The notes below the pieces were generated by a model that saw only the letters and a list, made by a program, of their open reading frames with translations, made no database searches and had not been told where the DNA came from. This document shows, one piece after another, positions 41,814 to 53,916 of a stretch of 64,000 nucleotides of DNA. The first letter of the stretch is position 1, and every line of letters starts with the position of its first letter. The stretch covers positions 480,001 through 544,000 of the forward strand of contig CBDEUS010000001.1 in the NCBI GenBank assembly GCA_965243395.1, written 5' to 3'. A program made the translations under genes and the position numbers. Source of the DNA: Gammaproteobacteria bacterium (lineage in GTDB: Bacteria > Pseudomonadota > Gammaproteobacteria > UBA4575).

Positions 41814-42965
41814 TTGAGCCAACAACCCGCCTTGCTTGCCTTAGAAGACGGGAGTCTTTTTTGGGGAAGCTCTATTGGTATATCGGGTTTGTCGGTAGGG
41901 GAAGTTGTTTTCAATACTTCCATGACAGGATATCAAGAAATTCTCACCGATCCCTCTTACGCTCAACAAATAATTACCTTGACCTACCCACATATTGGCA
42001 ATGTCGGTGCCAATGATGAAGATGAAGAATCACCCAAAATTTTTGCCACTGGGTTAGTTATTCGCGACTTACCAGTGCAGGTTAGCAATTGGCGTCAAGA
42101 GTCTGATTTATCTTCTTATTTGCAAAAAAATAATGTTGTTTCAATTGCCAATATTGATACACGCAGGCTGACCCGAATTTTGCGTGAAAAAGGTGCGCAA
42201 AACGGTGCCATTATGGCAGGTAAAAAGATGAGTGAGATTAATGAAGAGGAGGCATTAGCTGCAGCCAAATCATTTCCCGGCTTAAAAGGTATGGATTTGG
42301 CAAAAGAGGTTACAACTACCAAACCTTATCATTGGGATGAAGGCTGTTGGTCATTAGAGGAGGGGTATAAAAACAATCAAGAGCAAAAAAAATTCAAAGT
42401 TTTCGCCTATGACTTTGGAGTGAAACGTAACATTCTTCGTATTCTTCATGACTTGGGTTGTGAACTGGAAGTGATCCCTGCAAAGACTTCGGCAAGTGAA
42501 GTGTTGGCAAAAAAACCGGATGGTGTATTTCTTTCTAATGGGCCTGGTGATCCTGAACCCTGTGACTATGCAATCAAAGCTATTCAAGAAATTGTTGCAG
42601 CAGGTATACCCACTTTTGGGATTTGTCTAGGGCACCAACTTTTAGGTTTAGCGTGTGGGGCAAATACTATCAAAATGAAATTTGGTCATCATGGCGCGAA
42701 TCATCCAGTACAAGACTTAAAAACTAAAACGGTAATGATTAGCAGTCAGAATCATGGTTTTGCTGTAGACGAAAAAACTTTGCCAAGCGAATTAGAGGCC
42801 ACTCACCGTTCTTTGTTTGATGGTTCTTTACAAGGCATACGCCATACACAAAAACCTGCTTATAGTTTTCAAGGTCATCCTGAAGCCAGTCCTGGGCCGC
42901 AAGATGTAAGACCATTGTTCAACGAATTTATCAAGATGATGCAAGCATATAAGCAGGCAGAATAA
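41814..42965 (+). CDS. carA: Carbamoyl-phosphate synthase small subunit
   Basis: [39 protein letters not shown]; TTG start after AGAGGAG. Confidence 0.98.
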   Translation: MSQQPALLALEDGSLFWGSSIGISGLSVGEVVFNTSMTGYQEILTDPSYAQQIITLTYPHIGNVGANDEDEESPKIFATGLVIRDLPVQVSNWRQESDLSSYLQKNNVVSIANIDTRRLTRILREKGAQNGAIMAGKKMSEINEEEALAAAKSFPGLKGMDLAKEVTTTKPYHWDEGCWSLEEGYKNNQEQKKFKVFAYDFGVKRNILRILHDLGCELEVIPAKTSASEVLAKKPDGVFLSNGPGDPEPCDYAIKAIQEIVAAGIPTFGICLGHQLLGLACGANTIKMKFGHHGANHPVQDLKTKTVMISSQNHGFAVDEKTLPSELEATHRSLFDGSLQGIRHTQKPAYSFQGHPEASPGPQDVRPLFNEFIKMMQAYKQAE

Positions 42966-42978
42966 ATAGTTTAGTCCA

Positions 42979-45900
42979 ATGCCTAAGCGAACTGATATAA
43001 AAAGTATATTAATAATAGGTGCCGGACCGATTGTTATTGGTCAGGCTTGTGAGTTCGATTATTCCGGTGCGCAAGCATGTAAAGCGCTAAAAGAAGAGGG
43101 GTATCGCGTCATATTAGTAAATTCGAATCCGGCAACGATAATGACGGATCCTGAAATGGCAGATGCGATTTATATCGAACCTATTATGTGGCAAACGGTT
43201 GCTGAAATAATTCAAAAAGAAAAACCGGATGTATTGTTACCCACCATGGGTGGACAAACTGCATTAAATTGTGCGTTGGATTTAGATCGCGAAGGTGTAC
43301 TCGAAAAATTTAATGTGCAAATGATTGGCGCCAATAAAGAAGCTATTGATATGGCAGAAGATCGCGAGCTGTTTCGTGAAGCGATGAATGAGATTGGACT
43401 GAAGTCTGCACGTTCTGCTTTAGCACATAGTTTAGAAGAAGCGATTCAACAACAACCAAGTTTAGGATTTCCAACCATAATAAGACCATCTTTTACTATG
43501 GGGGGAAGTGGTGGAGGAATTGCGTATAACTTAGAAGAATTTAAGGCCATTGTTGAGCATGGGCTAGATCTCTCGCCGACAACAGAAGTTTTATTGGAAG
43601 AATCTCTATTAGGTTGGAAAGAATTTGAAATGGAAGTAGTGCGCGATAAAAATGATAACTGCATTATTATCTGTTCGATTGAAAATTTTGATCCTATGGG
43701 AGTGCATACCGGTGATTCTATTACCGTTGCACCGGCGCAAACATTAACGGATAAGGAATACCAAATTATGCGTAATGCTTCCTTAGCCGTGTTGCGCAAA
43801 ATCGGTGTAGACACTGGAGGCTCCAATGTGCAGTTTGCAATTAACCCTGATGATGGACGCATGGTGATTATTGAAATGAATCCACGTGTGTCGCGATCAT
43901 CCGCATTGGCATCAAAAGCAACTGGATTTCCTATTGCAAAAATTGCAGCAAAACTAGCTGTAGGTTATACCTTGGATGAATTACAAAATGAAATTACTGG
44001 TGGAGCCACACCAGCATCTTTTGAGCCAACCATTGACTATGTAGTAACAAAAATTCCACGCTTCACTTTTGAGAAATTTCCACAGGCTAAAGCTAAGTTA
44101 AGTACGCAAATGAAATCGGTTGGAGAAGTAATGGCGATTGGCCGCACGTTTCAAGAGTCATTTCAAAAAGCATTACGTGGTTTGGAAGTTGGCGTCGATG
44201 GATTAGATCCCATGTATGACGAATATGATGAAGAGCATCTGAGCCTTTTAGTTACTGAGTTGCAAGAGCCTGGGCCGCATCGTGCATGGTATGTGGCGGA
44301 TGCGATGCGACTGGGTCAAAGTGTTGATGAGCTTTATTCTGCAACAGCGATTGATCCATGGTTTTTAGCCCAGTTGAAGGAACTCATCGATATTGAAAAA
44401 GAGCTTTTGACTAAATCATTAAATGATTTAGAGCTAGAGTTAATGCGAAATATAAAACGTAAAGGATTTTCAGATCGTAGAATCGCAAAACTGGTTAACG
44501 CTAATGAAAAAGAAGTGCGAGCAAAGAGAGCGGATTTAAATATTCATCCTATATATAAGAGAGTGGATACCTGTGCTGCTGAATTTGCTACCAGTACGGC
44601 TTATATGTATTCAAGTTACGACGAAGAATGTGAAGCGCAGCCTTCTGATAAAAAGAAAATCATAGTTCTTGGTGGTGGGCCAAATAGAATTGGTCAGGGA
44701 ATAGAGTTTGATTATTGTTGTGTACATGCAGCTTTTGCAATGCGTGAGGATGGATACGAAACCATTATGGTGAATTGTAATCCTGAAACGGTTTCGACTG
44801 ATTATGACACCTCCGATCGATTGTATTTTGAACCACTTACATTAGAAGATGTTCTAGAGATAGTACACATCGAAAAACCACATGGTGTAATTGTTCAATT
44901 CGGTGGACAAACTCCCTTAAAGCTTGCTCAAGCATTAGAAGAAGCTGGTGTACCCATCATAGGCACTACACCCGATTCCATTGATCTTGCTGAAGATCGT
45001 GAACGTTTTTTGCAATTAGTCAATGACTTGAAATTATTGCAACCACCCAATGCAACGGCTACGAGCACTGAACAGGCCGTACATGCGGCGAATAATATTG
45101 GTTATCCCGTTGTGGTCAGGCCATCTTATGTTTTGGGTGGGCGAGCAATGGAAATTGTTTATAACCAGACAGACTTGGAACGTTATATGCGCGAGGCAGT
45201 AAAAGTTTCGAATGACGCACCTGTTTTAATTGACCATTTTCTTGCTGACGCTGTAGAAGTGGATTTGGATGCTATTTGCGATGGTAAAGATGTTTTGATT
45301 GGCGGCATTATGCAGCATATTGAACAAGCAGGAATTCACTCCGGTGATAGTGCGTGTTCGTTACCGCCATACAACCTAAGTGAAAAAGTGCAAGACGAAA
45401 TGCGTGAGCAGGCACGAAAACTTGCATTATCCTTGCAAGTTAAGGGTTTAATGAACATTCAGTTTGCTATTAAAGATGAAAAAGTTTATCTCATCGAAGT
45501 AAATCCGCGTGCTTCGCGAACAGTGCCTTTTGTTTCAAAGGCTATTGGAATTCCATTGGCAAAAATTGCAGCACGGTGTATGGCCGGACAAAGTCTCAAG
45601 GAGCAGAATGCAACACATGAGATTACGCCAAAATACTTTTCTGTTAAGGAAGCTGTATTTCCATTTATTAAATTCAGTGGAGTGGATCCAATCTTAGGAC
45701 CAGAAATGAAATCCACTGGGGAAGTAATGGGTGTGGGAGATACATTTGGAGAAGCATTTGGTAAATCACAATACGCAGCAGGGGCTACTTTCCCACAATC
45801 AGGTAGTGCGCTAATAAGTGTACGAGAAGATGATAAAGCACAAGCTTCGGAACTAGCTAAGGAGTTAAGTAGCATGGGTTTTAATTTGGTTGCTACAAAA

Positions 45901-46200
45901 GGTACCGCTCAGGTACTTCGCGAAAAAGGTATTACTTGTGATGCCGTTAATAAAGTAAGACAAGGACGGCCTCATATTGTTGATATGATTATCGATGGTA
46001 AGATTGATTTAATTGTAAATACTACTGAAGGTAAACAGGCAATAGCAGATTCGTTTACAATTAGAAGAGAAGCACTACAGCATAAAGTGTGTTACACCAC
46101 TACAATGGCAGGTGCTTGGGCATTAAAGGATGCTATGCAACAGTCTGGACATTATGAAGTTTATCGATTGCAAGATTTGCATAAACAAACCAAGCACTAA
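42979..46200 (+). CDS. carB: Carbamoyl-phosphate synthase large subunit
   Basis: [17 protein letters not shown], two ATP-grasp halves, MGS domain. Confidence 0.99.
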   Translation: MPKRTDIKSILIIGAGPIVIGQACEFDYSGAQACKALKEEGYRVILVNSNPATIMTDPEMADAIYIEPIMWQTVAEIIQKEKPDVLLPTMGGQTALNCALDLDREGVLEKFNVQMIGANKEAIDMAEDRELFREAMNEIGLKSARSALAHSLEEAIQQQPSLGFPTIIRPSFTMGGSGGGIAYNLEEFKAIVEHGLDLSPTTEVLLEESLLGWKEFEMEVVRDKNDNCIIICSIENFDPMGVHTGDSITVAPAQTLTDKEYQIMRNASLAVLRKIGVDTGGSNVQFAINPDDGRMVIIEMNPRVSRSSALASKATGFPIAKIAAKLAVGYTLDELQNEITGGATPASFEPTIDYVVTKIPRFTFEKFPQAKAKLSTQMKSVGEVMAIGRTFQESFQKALRGLEVGVDGLDPMYDEYDEEHLSLLVTELQEPGPHRAWYVADAMRLGQSVDELYSATAIDPWFLAQLKELIDIEKELLTKSLNDLELELMRNIKRKGFSDRRIAKLVNANEKEVRAKRADLNIHPIYKRVDTCAAEFATSTAYMYSSYDEECEAQPSDKKKIIVLGGGPNRIGQGIEFDYCCVHAAFAMREDGYETIMVNCNPETVSTDYDTSDRLYFEPLTLEDVLEIVHIEKPHGVIVQFGGQTPLKLAQALEEAGVPIIGTTPDSIDLAEDRERFLQLVNDLKLLQPPNATATSTEQAVHAANNIGYPVVVRPSYVLGGRAMEIVYNQTDLERYMREAVKVSNDAPVLIDHFLADAVEVDLDAICDGKDVLIGGIMQHIEQAGIHSGDSACSLPPYNLSEKVQDEMREQARKLALSLQVKGLMNIQFAIKDEKVYLIEVNPRASRTVPFVSKAIGIPLAKIAARCMAGQSLKEQNATHEITPKYFSVKEAVFPFIKFSGVDPILGPEMKSTGEVMGVGDTFGEAFGKSQYAAGATFPQSGSALISVREDDKAQASELAKELSSMGFNLVATKGTAQVLREKGITCDAVNKVRQGRPHIVDMIIDGKIDLIVNTTEGKQAIADSFTIRREALQHKVCYTTTMAGAWALKDAMQQSGHYEVYRLQDLHKQTKH

Positions 46201-46221
46201 ATTAAATAATTAGATTAAGAT

Positions 46222-46704
46222 ATGAATAGAGTTCCATTAACGATTAACGGTGCAGACAAATTACGCAGCGAATTGGATGAATTAAAAACCGTTAAGCGCC
46301 CAAAAGTTATAGAGGCGATTGCAACAGCACGCGCACATGGTGATTTAAAAGAGAATGCAGAGTACCACGCTGCGCGAGAACAACAGTCTTTTATTGAGGG
46401 AAGAATAAAAGAGATTGAAGGCAAATTATCCAATGCTGAAATTATTGATGTAACAAAACTTAATGCAAATGGAAGAGTTGTATTCGGTACTACTGTTGTA
46501 TTGGCCGAGGAAGAAACGGGTGATGAAGTTACTTATACAATCGTTGGTGAAGATGAAGCAGATATTAAACAAGGGATGATTTCTGTTACTTCTCCCATTG
46601 CACGTGCAATGATTGGTAAAGAAGAAGGTGAAATTGCAGTTGTGGATGCGCCTGCAGGCCAAAAAGAATATGAAATTGTTGAGGTTATTTACGGTACTAA
46701 ATAA
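46222..46704 (+). CDS. greA: Transcription elongation factor GreA
   Basis: [23 protein letters not shown]. Confidence 0.97.
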   Translation: MNRVPLTINGADKLRSELDELKTVKRPKVIEAIATARAHGDLKENAEYHAAREQQSFIEGRIKEIEGKLSNAEIIDVTKLNANGRVVFGTTVVLAEEETGDEVTYTIVGEDEADIKQGMISVTSPIARAMIGKEEGEIAVVDAPAGQKEYEIVEVIYGTK

Positions 46705-46727
46705 TTTCATGAACTCTGATATTTCAT

Positions 46728-47336
46728 ATGCAGAGTAAATCCTGGAATAAAGAACATGCAGATGATCCTTATGTGCAACGTGCACATAAAGAAGGTTGGC
46801 GCTCACGGGCAGTTTATAAGCTAGAAGAACTCGATCAAAAATATAATCTCATTCAATCCGGAATGAATGTTGTAGATTTAGGAGCTGCACCTGGTGGCTG
46901 GAGTCAGTATGTTGCTCAAAAAGTGGGGAAATCAGGCAAAGTCATTGCAATGGATGTATTAGACATGGATCCAATCAATAACGTCGAATACTTAAAAGGG
47001 GACTTTACCGAGCAAGGTGTATATGAATCTTTACAAGAATTGTTGGGTCTAAAGCCTGTAGACCTTGTTTTATCCGATATGGCCCCCAATATTAGTGGTA
47101 TTACTAGTGTTGATCAGCCTAAAGCCATGCATCTTGCTGAGTTAGCCGCTGATTTTTCGATGCAAGTATTAGCTTCTGACGGCGGTCTGTTAGTGAAACT
47201 GTTTCAAGGTGCTGGATTTGACGATTATGTAAAAATGTTACGCTCAAATTTCAATAAGGTATTGATTCGTAAGCCGGACGCGTCCAGGGCACGTAGTCGT
47301 GAGATGTATGCCCTGGCTACTCAAATTAAGTTATAG
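46728..47336 (+). CDS. rlmE: 23S rRNA U2552 2'-O-methyltransferase RlmE (FtsJ)
   Basis: RSRAVYKL, DLGAAPGGWSQ, SDMAPN, KP.ASR.RSREMY. Confidence 0.97.
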   Translation: MQSKSWNKEHADDPYVQRAHKEGWRSRAVYKLEELDQKYNLIQSGMNVVDLGAAPGGWSQYVAQKVGKSGKVIAMDVLDMDPINNVEYLKGDFTEQGVYESLQELLGLKPVDLVLSDMAPNISGITSVDQPKAMHLAELAADFSMQVLASDGGLLVKLFQGAGFDDYVKMLRSNFNKVLIRKPDASRARSREMYALATQIKL

Positions 47337-47386
47337 TAAGGTCGATATAGATTTAAGTGATTGAATTTTAAGTAGAGGTAAATTCT

Positions 47387-49312
47387 TTGAACGACATGGT
47401 TAAAAATTTATTGCTTTGGGCGGTGATTGCAGTTGTCTTAATGACTGTTTTCAACAATTTTGCACCACGCCCAGAGACTCCTAATGAATTAGCTTATTCA
47501 GAGTTTCTTAAAGAAGTTAGATCTAACAATATTCAATCCGTTTTCATCAGTCCGGATAATCGACAGATTACGGGTGTAATGGCAAATGGTGAAAAGTTTG
47601 AAACCAATAATCCTAATGATGACAAACTCATCGACACCTTAGATAAGTACAATGTAAATTTTGAAGCTGGAGAAGCAAAACCGCGTTCACTTTTATTAGA
47701 TATCTTAATCAGTTGGTTCCCCATGCTGCTTTTAATTGGCGTGTGGATTTTCTTCATGCGACAAATGCAAGGTGGAGGATCTGGACGTGGCGCAATGTCA
47801 TTTGGCAAAAGCAAAGCACGTTTAATGGGCGAAGACCAAATTAAAGTAACTTTTAATGATGTTGCAGGTGTTGAAGAAGCAAAAGAAGAAGTTTCAGAAT
47901 TAGTCGAATTTTTACGCGACCCAGGTAAGTTTCAAAAGTTAGGTGGGAAAATCCCACGTGGCGTACTAATGGTGGGATCACCCGGTACTGGTAAAACATT
48001 GCTTGCAAAAGCCATTGCCGGTGAAGCAAAAGTTCCATTCTTTACTATTTCTGGATCTGACTTTGTTGAAATGTTTGTCGGTGTGGGTGCGTCGCGTGTA
48101 CGCGATATGTTTAGTCAGGCTAAAAAACATTCTCCATGCATTATATTCATTGATGAAATTGATGCAGTTGGTCGCCATCGTGGTGCTGGTTTAGGTGGCG
48201 GACATGATGAACGTGAGCAAACTCTAAACCAGTTGCTAGTTGAAATGGATGGTTTTGATGGCAATGAAGGTGTAATAGTCATTGCTGCAACCAACCGACC
48301 CGATGTTTTAGATCCTGCATTATTACGACCTGGTCGATTTGATCGTCAAGTAACTGTGCCATTACCTGATATTCGCGGTCGTGAGCAAATTCTTAAAGTG
48401 CATATGCGTAAAGTACCTGTGGGTAAAGATGTACGTGCAGATTACATTGCTCGAGGAACACCAGGTTTTTCAGGAGCGGATCTCGCGAACTTAGTAAACG
48501 AAGCAGCACTATTTGCGGCGCGGGCGAATAAACGAACTGTGGATATGGAAGAGTTTGAGCGCGCCAAAGATAAAATTCTTATGGGTGCCGAGCGTAAGTC
48601 TATGGTCATGGACGAAGATGAGAAGCGCAATACGGCTTATCATGAATCGGGGCATGCAATTGTTGGGCGTTTAGTTCCTGAACATGATCCCGTATATAAA
48701 GTAACTATTATCCCTCGGGGTCGCGCACTGGGTGTGACAATGTTTTTGCCTGAAGAAGACCGTTACAGTCATAGTAAACAGCGTTTGGAAAGTCAGATTT
48801 CTACTTTATTTGGCGGTCGGCTTGCAGAAGAACTTATTTTTGGAAAAGAAGCGGTAACGACAGGGGCGTCAAATGATATTGAACGTGCGACGGAACTTGC
48901 ACGCGCCATGGTAACTAAGTGGGGGTTATCGGAAAAAATGGGGCCACTTGCTTATGGTGAAGAAGACGGTGAAGTGTTCCTAGGACATTCAGTGACACAG
49001 CATAAATCTGTTTCTGACGATACAGCGAATTCTATTGACCTAGAAGTTCGACGCATTATCGATGACAACTATGAACGTGCAAAGACCTTGTTAGTTGAAA
49101 ACATGGATAAGTTGCACGTCATGGCAAAAGCATTAATGAAATATGAAACCATCGATAAGAAACAAATTGATGACATCATGGAAGGCAAAGAACCACGCCC
49201 TCCTGAAGGTTGGATGGATGATGACGGGCCTACATCCGGTACTACAGAAAGTAATACTAAAGATGAGCCAAAGGATACGGGCCCAATAGGTGGTCCGGCA
49301 AGTGAGCATTAA
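47387..49312 (+). CDS. ftsH: ATP-dependent zinc metalloprotease FtsH
   Basis: Two TMs, [24 protein letters not shown]. Confidence 0.99.
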   Translation: MNDMVKNLLLWAVIAVVLMTVFNNFAPRPETPNELAYSEFLKEVRSNNIQSVFISPDNRQITGVMANGEKFETNNPNDDKLIDTLDKYNVNFEAGEAKPRSLLLDILISWFPMLLLIGVWIFFMRQMQGGGSGRGAMSFGKSKARLMGEDQIKVTFNDVAGVEEAKEEVSELVEFLRDPGKFQKLGGKIPRGVLMVGSPGTGKTLLAKAIAGEAKVPFFTISGSDFVEMFVGVGASRVRDMFSQAKKHSPCIIFIDEIDAVGRHRGAGLGGGHDEREQTLNQLLVEMDGFDGNEGVIVIAATNRPDVLDPALLRPGRFDRQVTVPLPDIRGREQILKVHMRKVPVGKDVRADYIARGTPGFSGADLANLVNEAALFAARANKRTVDMEEFERAKDKILMGAERKSMVMDEDEKRNTAYHESGHAIVGRLVPEHDPVYKVTIIPRGRALGVTMFLPEEDRYSHSKQRLESQISTLFGGRLAEELIFGKEAVTTGASNDIERATELARAMVTKWGLSEKMGPLAYGEEDGEVFLGHSVTQHKSVSDDTANSIDLEVRRIIDDNYERAKTLLVENMDKLHVMAKALMKYETIDKKQIDDIMEGKEPRPPEGWMDDDGPTSGTTESNTKDEPKDTGPIGGPASEH

Positions 49313-49342
49313 TTAAAGCTTTTTTGTACATAAATACACGTT

Positions 49343-49379
49343 AAAGCGACCCAAAGTTGGTCTTTGAGGTCGCTTTTTT
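49343..49379 (+). terminator. Intrinsic terminator after ftsH
   Basis: AAAGCGACC-CAAAG..CTTTG-AGGTCGCTTTTTT. Confidence 0.8.
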
Positions 49380-49500
49380 ATTGGTTTTCTTATACCTATC
49401 ATATAAAAAGTACTTTCTTATCGTATAACTGAGCAATCAGCGTACTTTTCTTTCCAAATTCTATAAAATTCATTATCGAATAGTATTTTTACAAAGATTT

Positions 49501-50835
49501 ATGAGTCGAAAATACTTTGGAACAGACGGAATACGCGGTCGTGTAGGTGATGGTGTAATGACACCGGAGTTCGTATTGAAACTTGGCTGGGCTGTAGGCC
49601 GAGTTTTATGCAATAAGAAAAACGACATTGTTTTAATCGGTAAAGACACTCGTATTTCTGGCTATATGTTTGAGTCAGTTTTAGAAGCAGGTCTTTCAGC
49701 AGCCGGCGTCAATGCCCGCTTATTAGGACCCATGCCAACACCTGCAGTGGCATACTTAACAAGAACTCTACGAGCAGCCGCAGGTATTGTTATAAGTGCT
49801 TCTCATAATCCTTTTTATGATAACGGTTTGAAGTTTTTTTCTTCAGAAGGAAAAAAACTTCAAGACTCAGTTGAGTTACAAATAGAAGCTCAACTTGAAA
49901 AATCTTTAGAAGTAGTTGCATCTAACGAGCTTGGCAAAGTGGAGCGCATAAATGATGCTGCTGGTCGATACATAGAATTTTGTAAAAGTACTATTCCAAC
50001 AAAAATCAAACTTAACGGCTTAAAACTCGTTGTCGATTGTGCGCATGGTGCGACTTACCATATCGCGCCAAATGTATTTACTGAATTAGGGGCTGAGGTT
50101 ATCAGTCTTTCCTCAAAACCTGATGGTTTAAATATTAATGAAAATTGTGGTGCAACCAATCCAAAAGCGCTTTGTAAATCAGTAATTGAACATCACGCGG
50201 ATTTGGGAATTGCGATTGATGGGGATGGTGATCGTCTTATTATGGTGGATGGTACGGGGACCATTGTGGATGGAGACGAACTCTTATATATCATCGCTCA
50301 GGCTCGCAAGAGTCAAAATCTTTTGCAGGGTGGCGTAGTTGGCACACTAATGAGTAACTTAGGCTTAGAGCATGCGTTGCGTGAAAAAGATATTGAGTTT
50401 GGCCGAGCCGCAGTTGGAGATCGTTATGTGATGGAAATGCTTAATGAACGCTCATGGATTTTAGGTGGTGAATCTTCAGGACATATTATTTGTTTAGATC
50501 AAACTACAACCGGTGATGCAATTGTTTCAGCATTGCAGGTTCTGCAAGTATTAGTTAATCAACAAGTAAGTTTGCAAGATGCTAAGTCGGGTATGAGCAA
50601 ATATCCTCAGACCTTAATAAATGTACCTGTTCAAGCCGAAATAGACTTAGAGAATACACCTCAAATTCAGCAAGCAGTAAAAGATGCGGAATCGGATCTT
50701 GCTGACACAGGAAGAGTGCTCTTACGACCTTCTGGGACCGAACCTTTAGTAAGGGTCATGGTAGAAGGTATGGATGCACCGAAAGTACAGCAATTGGCAC
50801 AGCAAATCGCGGATAGTGTGGCCACCGCCTGCTGA
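49501..50835 (+). CDS. glmM: Phosphoglucosamine mutase
   Basis: [35 protein letters not shown]. Confidence 0.98.
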   Translation: MSRKYFGTDGIRGRVGDGVMTPEFVLKLGWAVGRVLCNKKNDIVLIGKDTRISGYMFESVLEAGLSAAGVNARLLGPMPTPAVAYLTRTLRAAAGIVISASHNPFYDNGLKFFSSEGKKLQDSVELQIEAQLEKSLEVVASNELGKVERINDAAGRYIEFCKSTIPTKIKLNGLKLVVDCAHGATYHIAPNVFTELGAEVISLSSKPDGLNINENCGATNPKALCKSVIEHHADLGIAIDGDGDRLIMVDGTGTIVDGDELLYIIAQARKSQNLLQGGVVGTLMSNLGLEHALREKDIEFGRAAVGDRYVMEMLNERSWILGGESSGHIICLDQTTTGDAIVSALQVLQVLVNQQVSLQDAKSGMSKYPQTLINVPVQAEIDLENTPQIQQAVKDAESDLADTGRVLLRPSGTEPLVRVMVEGMDAPKVQQLAQQIADSVATAC

Positions 50836-50916
50836 TTGATACCCAATATAGAATTTGCCTAAAGCTGCGGTCATCGGTAAGCTGCGCGCCTTTGCTAATT
50901 TACTATTAACTCAAAT

Positions 50917-51669
50917 ATGCGACGACCACTGGTAGCGGGAAACTGGAAATTAAATGGTTCTTTGAGCAGCATTTCTGAGCTGATCTCGGGGATTCGTGAA
51001 AGGCAAGAGCAAGTCAAAAATGCGGAACTTGCGGTGTGCCCGCCATTTGTTTATTTATCTTACGTCCAGAGTTTGTTGCAAGGAAGTGATATCTCTTTGG
51101 GTGCGCAGGATTGTTCTGACCAAGAAAGCGGAGCATACACTGGAGAAGTCGCAGCAGAAATGATCAAAGAGTTCGGTTGCACATATAACATTATTGGTCA
51201 TTCAGAACGTCGGCATATTTACGGAGATAGCAATGAAACCGTTGCTACAAAATTTGCACATGTAATTAAAAATGAATTAACCCCTATTCTGTGTGTGGGT
51301 GAAACATTGCAGGATAGAGAGGAAGGCCATACAGAAGTTGTTATCGCAAAACAAATTAACGCAGTGCTTGATTTATTTGGAGTTAAAGCTTTTGCAAAAG
51401 CAATAATCGCATACGAACCAGTGTGGGCAATTGGCACAGGTAAAACAGCTACGCCTGAACAAGCACAAGAAGTGCATGAAGAGATTCGTTTGATCATTGG
51501 TGCACAAAATAAAGATATTGCAGCGAATATTCGAATTCTTTATGGTGGTAGCATGAAACCGGAAAATGCAAAACAATTACTTGACCAGCCAGACATCGAT
51601 GGTGGTTTAATTGGGGGCGCTGCTTTGAAAGCGGAAGACTTTATAGGGATTGCAAAAGCTGCAAACTAA
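50917..51669 (+). CDS. tpiA: Triosephosphate isomerase
   Basis: AGNWK, GHSERR, AYEPVWAIGTG, YGGS. Confidence 0.99.
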   Translation: MRRPLVAGNWKLNGSLSSISELISGIRERQEQVKNAELAVCPPFVYLSYVQSLLQGSDISLGAQDCSDQESGAYTGEVAAEMIKEFGCTYNIIGHSERRHIYGDSNETVATKFAHVIKNELTPILCVGETLQDREEGHTEVVIAKQINAVLDLFGVKAFAKAIIAYEPVWAIGTGKTATPEQAQEVHEEIRLIIGAQNKDIAANIRILYGGSMKPENAKQLLDQPDIDGGLIGGAALKAEDFIGIAKAAN

Positions 51670-51716
51670 CTCGAAAAAATTTATCTACAAATTCATTTTT
51701 TAATATAAGAAGTACA

Positions 51717-52166
51717 ATGTTATATAGCATTTTAGTAGCCATAGATGTATTACTTGCAATTGCCATAATTGTCTTGGTGCTTATTCAGCATGGTAAAGGT
51801 GCTGATGCTGGGGCTGCATTTGGCAGTGGTGCATCGGGTACGGTATTTGGTGCACAAGGTTCTGCATCATTTTTAACTAAAGTTACAACGGTATTAGCAG
51901 TGCTGTTTTTTATTAATAGTTTATGGCTTGCCCACCTCGCCAGTAACCGCCCTGTTGCTGAAAGTGTTATTGATGCAATAGAAGAAACTGCAACAGAAGC
52001 TCCTGTTACAGATCTACCGACAAGTGATGTACCTGATGTTGATGCAACAACTGATGACTCTGACACTGAAGGCTCAATGAGCGAACTTCAGGAAGGCGCA
52101 GAATCTGTGAAAGAAGAAATGGAAAGTACTATTAATGATGAAACGCCAGATGACGTCCCAGAGTAA
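51717..52166 (+). CDS. secG: Preprotein translocase subunit SecG with acidic tail
   Basis: LIQHGKGADAGAAFGSGASGTVFG; tpiA-secG synteny. Confidence 0.96.
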   Translation: MLYSILVAIDVLLAIAIIVLVLIQHGKGADAGAAFGSGASGTVFGAQGSASFLTKVTTVLAVLFFINSLWLAHLASNRPVAESVIDAIEETATEAPVTDLPTSDVPDVDATTDDSDTEGSMSELQEGAESVKEEMESTINDETPDDVPE

Positions 52167-52228
52167 AAGAGCAAGTTAGAAATTGATTAAGTGGTAATGA
52201 AAATTTTATTGTATTAGTTAATGGTCTA

Positions 52229-52324
52229 CTAAAATACAAATGCCATTACCAATGCAATAAGAACAATTACAACACCTACAATTATCGCAGTCATGTCGAA
52301 TTTTTTATATTCTTCTTGATCCAT
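52229..52324 (-). CDS. Putative 31-aa C-terminally anchored small protein
   Basis: Manual translation MDQEEYKKFDMTAIIVGVVIVLIALVMAFVF; AAGGA RBS upstream. Confidence 0.5.
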   Translation of the reverse strand: MDQEEYKKFDMTAIIVGVVIVLIALVMAFVF

Positions 52325-52553
52325 ATTTCTTTTCCTTAAACTCTGGTAATCGATTTACTTGGCTGAATAGCTTGTTTAGCCGTTTATGATCCCATGAACT
52401 ATTAATATTGTCTATACTGACAATTAATGAATTTAAACCTATTTCTCATATGGATTGACGCGTTCAATCTATACAAAATTACCTCATCTTATAGCTGTAT
52501 CAATGAAAAAAGACCGCTGCCTGAATACCTTAGGATAAAATAATGAATCTGAA

Positions 52554-52640
52554 GCCGATGTGGCGGAATTGGTAGACGCGCTAGCTTGAGGGGCTAGTGA
52601 GGGCAACCTCGTGCCGGTTCGAGTCCGGCCATCGGCACCA
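52554..52640 (+). tRNA. tRNA-Leu(GAG)
   Basis: 87 nt, long variable arm, anticodon loop TTGAGGG, GGTTCGAGTCC, encoded CCA. Confidence 0.96.
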
Positions 52641-52990
52641 GTGCTAGCACTAGGTATTGTGCGGTGTTCAGGACTAGGGTTTTAGATGTACTAAGCATGG
52701 GCAGATAGGTCTCATGAAAGCTGTGTAAGTGTAGCGGGTACAACGGATGAGACCTGGTATTACTTAAAAACCATGGCCGAGAGTTGTAAGTAGATGTCAA
52801 AATGTTGTTGCTGGTTAAACTTTAACAGCTGGCTGGTTAAATATTCATCAATCCTAGCGTCAATAATCCAGCATAAGATCTTGTAGGCACATAACTAGTA
52901 CAATGACCGCCTTCTATTAAGGCATGGATTAAGATACGGACAAATTTGTAAAAGCCTGGAAAAAATTTCAGGGAACTAGAGAATCTCAAA

Positions 52991-53347
52991 GTGATTGAAA
53001 ATTATCTCCCAGTTTTAATTTTTATTGGTATTGCCTCGATCATGGGCCTCATACCTTTGTTACTTGGTTTAAAACTTGGTCCCAGAAAAGCAGATGCTGC
53101 CAAGGATTCACCTTATGAATGTGGTTTTGAAGCTTTTGAAGATGCACGAATGCAGTTTGATGTGCGTTATTACTTGGTTGCGATTCTATTTATTATTTTT
53201 GATTTAGAAATTGCTTTTTTATTTCCCTGGGCTGTTGCTATTCGTGAAGTAGGCTTAATTGGTTTTATTTCAATGGCTATATTTTTAATACTTTTAACAA
53301 TTGGCTTTATATATGAATGGAAAAAGGGTGCACTAGATTGGGACTAA
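52991..53347 (+). CDS. nuoA: NADH-quinone oxidoreductase subunit A
   Basis: [25 protein letters not shown]. Confidence 0.97.
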   Translation: MIENYLPVLIFIGIASIMGLIPLLLGLKLGPRKADAAKDSPYECGFEAFEDARMQFDVRYYLVAILFIIFDLEIAFLFPWAVAIREVGLIGFISMAIFLILLTIGFIYEWKKGALDWD

Positions 53348-53374
53348 TCCTGATTGAGACATATTAAATATTAA

Positions 53375-53905
53375 ATGACCAATTCAAACTTATTACGAAA
53401 TACTACTATGAACCCCCTAGAGAAGAGTTTTTACGATCAAGGTTTTAATGAACAAGGCTACGCGACTACAAAGCTTGATGATCTAATGAACTGGGCTCGA
53501 ACAGGGTCTATGTGGCCCATGACATTTGGTTTAGCATGTTGCGCGGTTGAAATGATGCATGCGGGTGCTGCACGTTACGACCTTGATCGCTTTGGTGTGA
53601 TGTTTCGACCGAGCCCCCGACAATCAGATGTAATGATTGTTGCAGGAACATTAGTGAACAAAATGGCTCCTGCATTAAGAAAAGTTTACGATCAAATGGC
53701 TGATCCAAAATGGGTAATTTCTATGGGGTCATGTGCGAATGGGGGTGGTTACTATCACTACTCATATTCTGTAGTAAGGGGATGTGACCGTATTATACCG
53801 GTTGATGTTTACGTGCCGGGATGTCCGCCAACAGCAGAAGCATTGTTGTATGGAATTTTGCAGTTGCAAAATAAAATACGTCGCACAAATACTATAAAAA
53901 GATAA
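53375..53905 (+). CDS. nuoB: NADH-quinone oxidoreductase subunit B (start may be 53408)
   Basis: [21 protein letters not shown]. Confidence 0.97.
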   Translation: MTNSNLLRNTTMNPLEKSFYDQGFNEQGYATTKLDDLMNWARTGSMWPMTFGLACCAVEMMHAGAARYDLDRFGVMFRPSPRQSDVMIVAGTLVNKMAPALRKVYDQMADPKWVISMGSCANGGGYYHYSYSVVRGCDRIIPVDVYVPGCPPTAEALLYGILQLQNKIRRTNTIKR

Positions 53906-53916
53906 GTGCATCTAAT

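Noticed and set aside
52453-52469. TTGA-N5-TCAA as an FNR box
   Set aside because: The spacer is one base shorter than TTGA-N6-TCAA; kept only as an unassigned inverted repeat
52700-52770. Hammerhead-like motifs (CGGATGA, GAAA)
   Set aside because: The core is not CUGAUGA, and GAAA is in the wrong order relative to stem II
52594-52800. 68-aa minus-strand ORF
   Set aside because: It overlaps tRNA-Leu antisense and has no protein-like features
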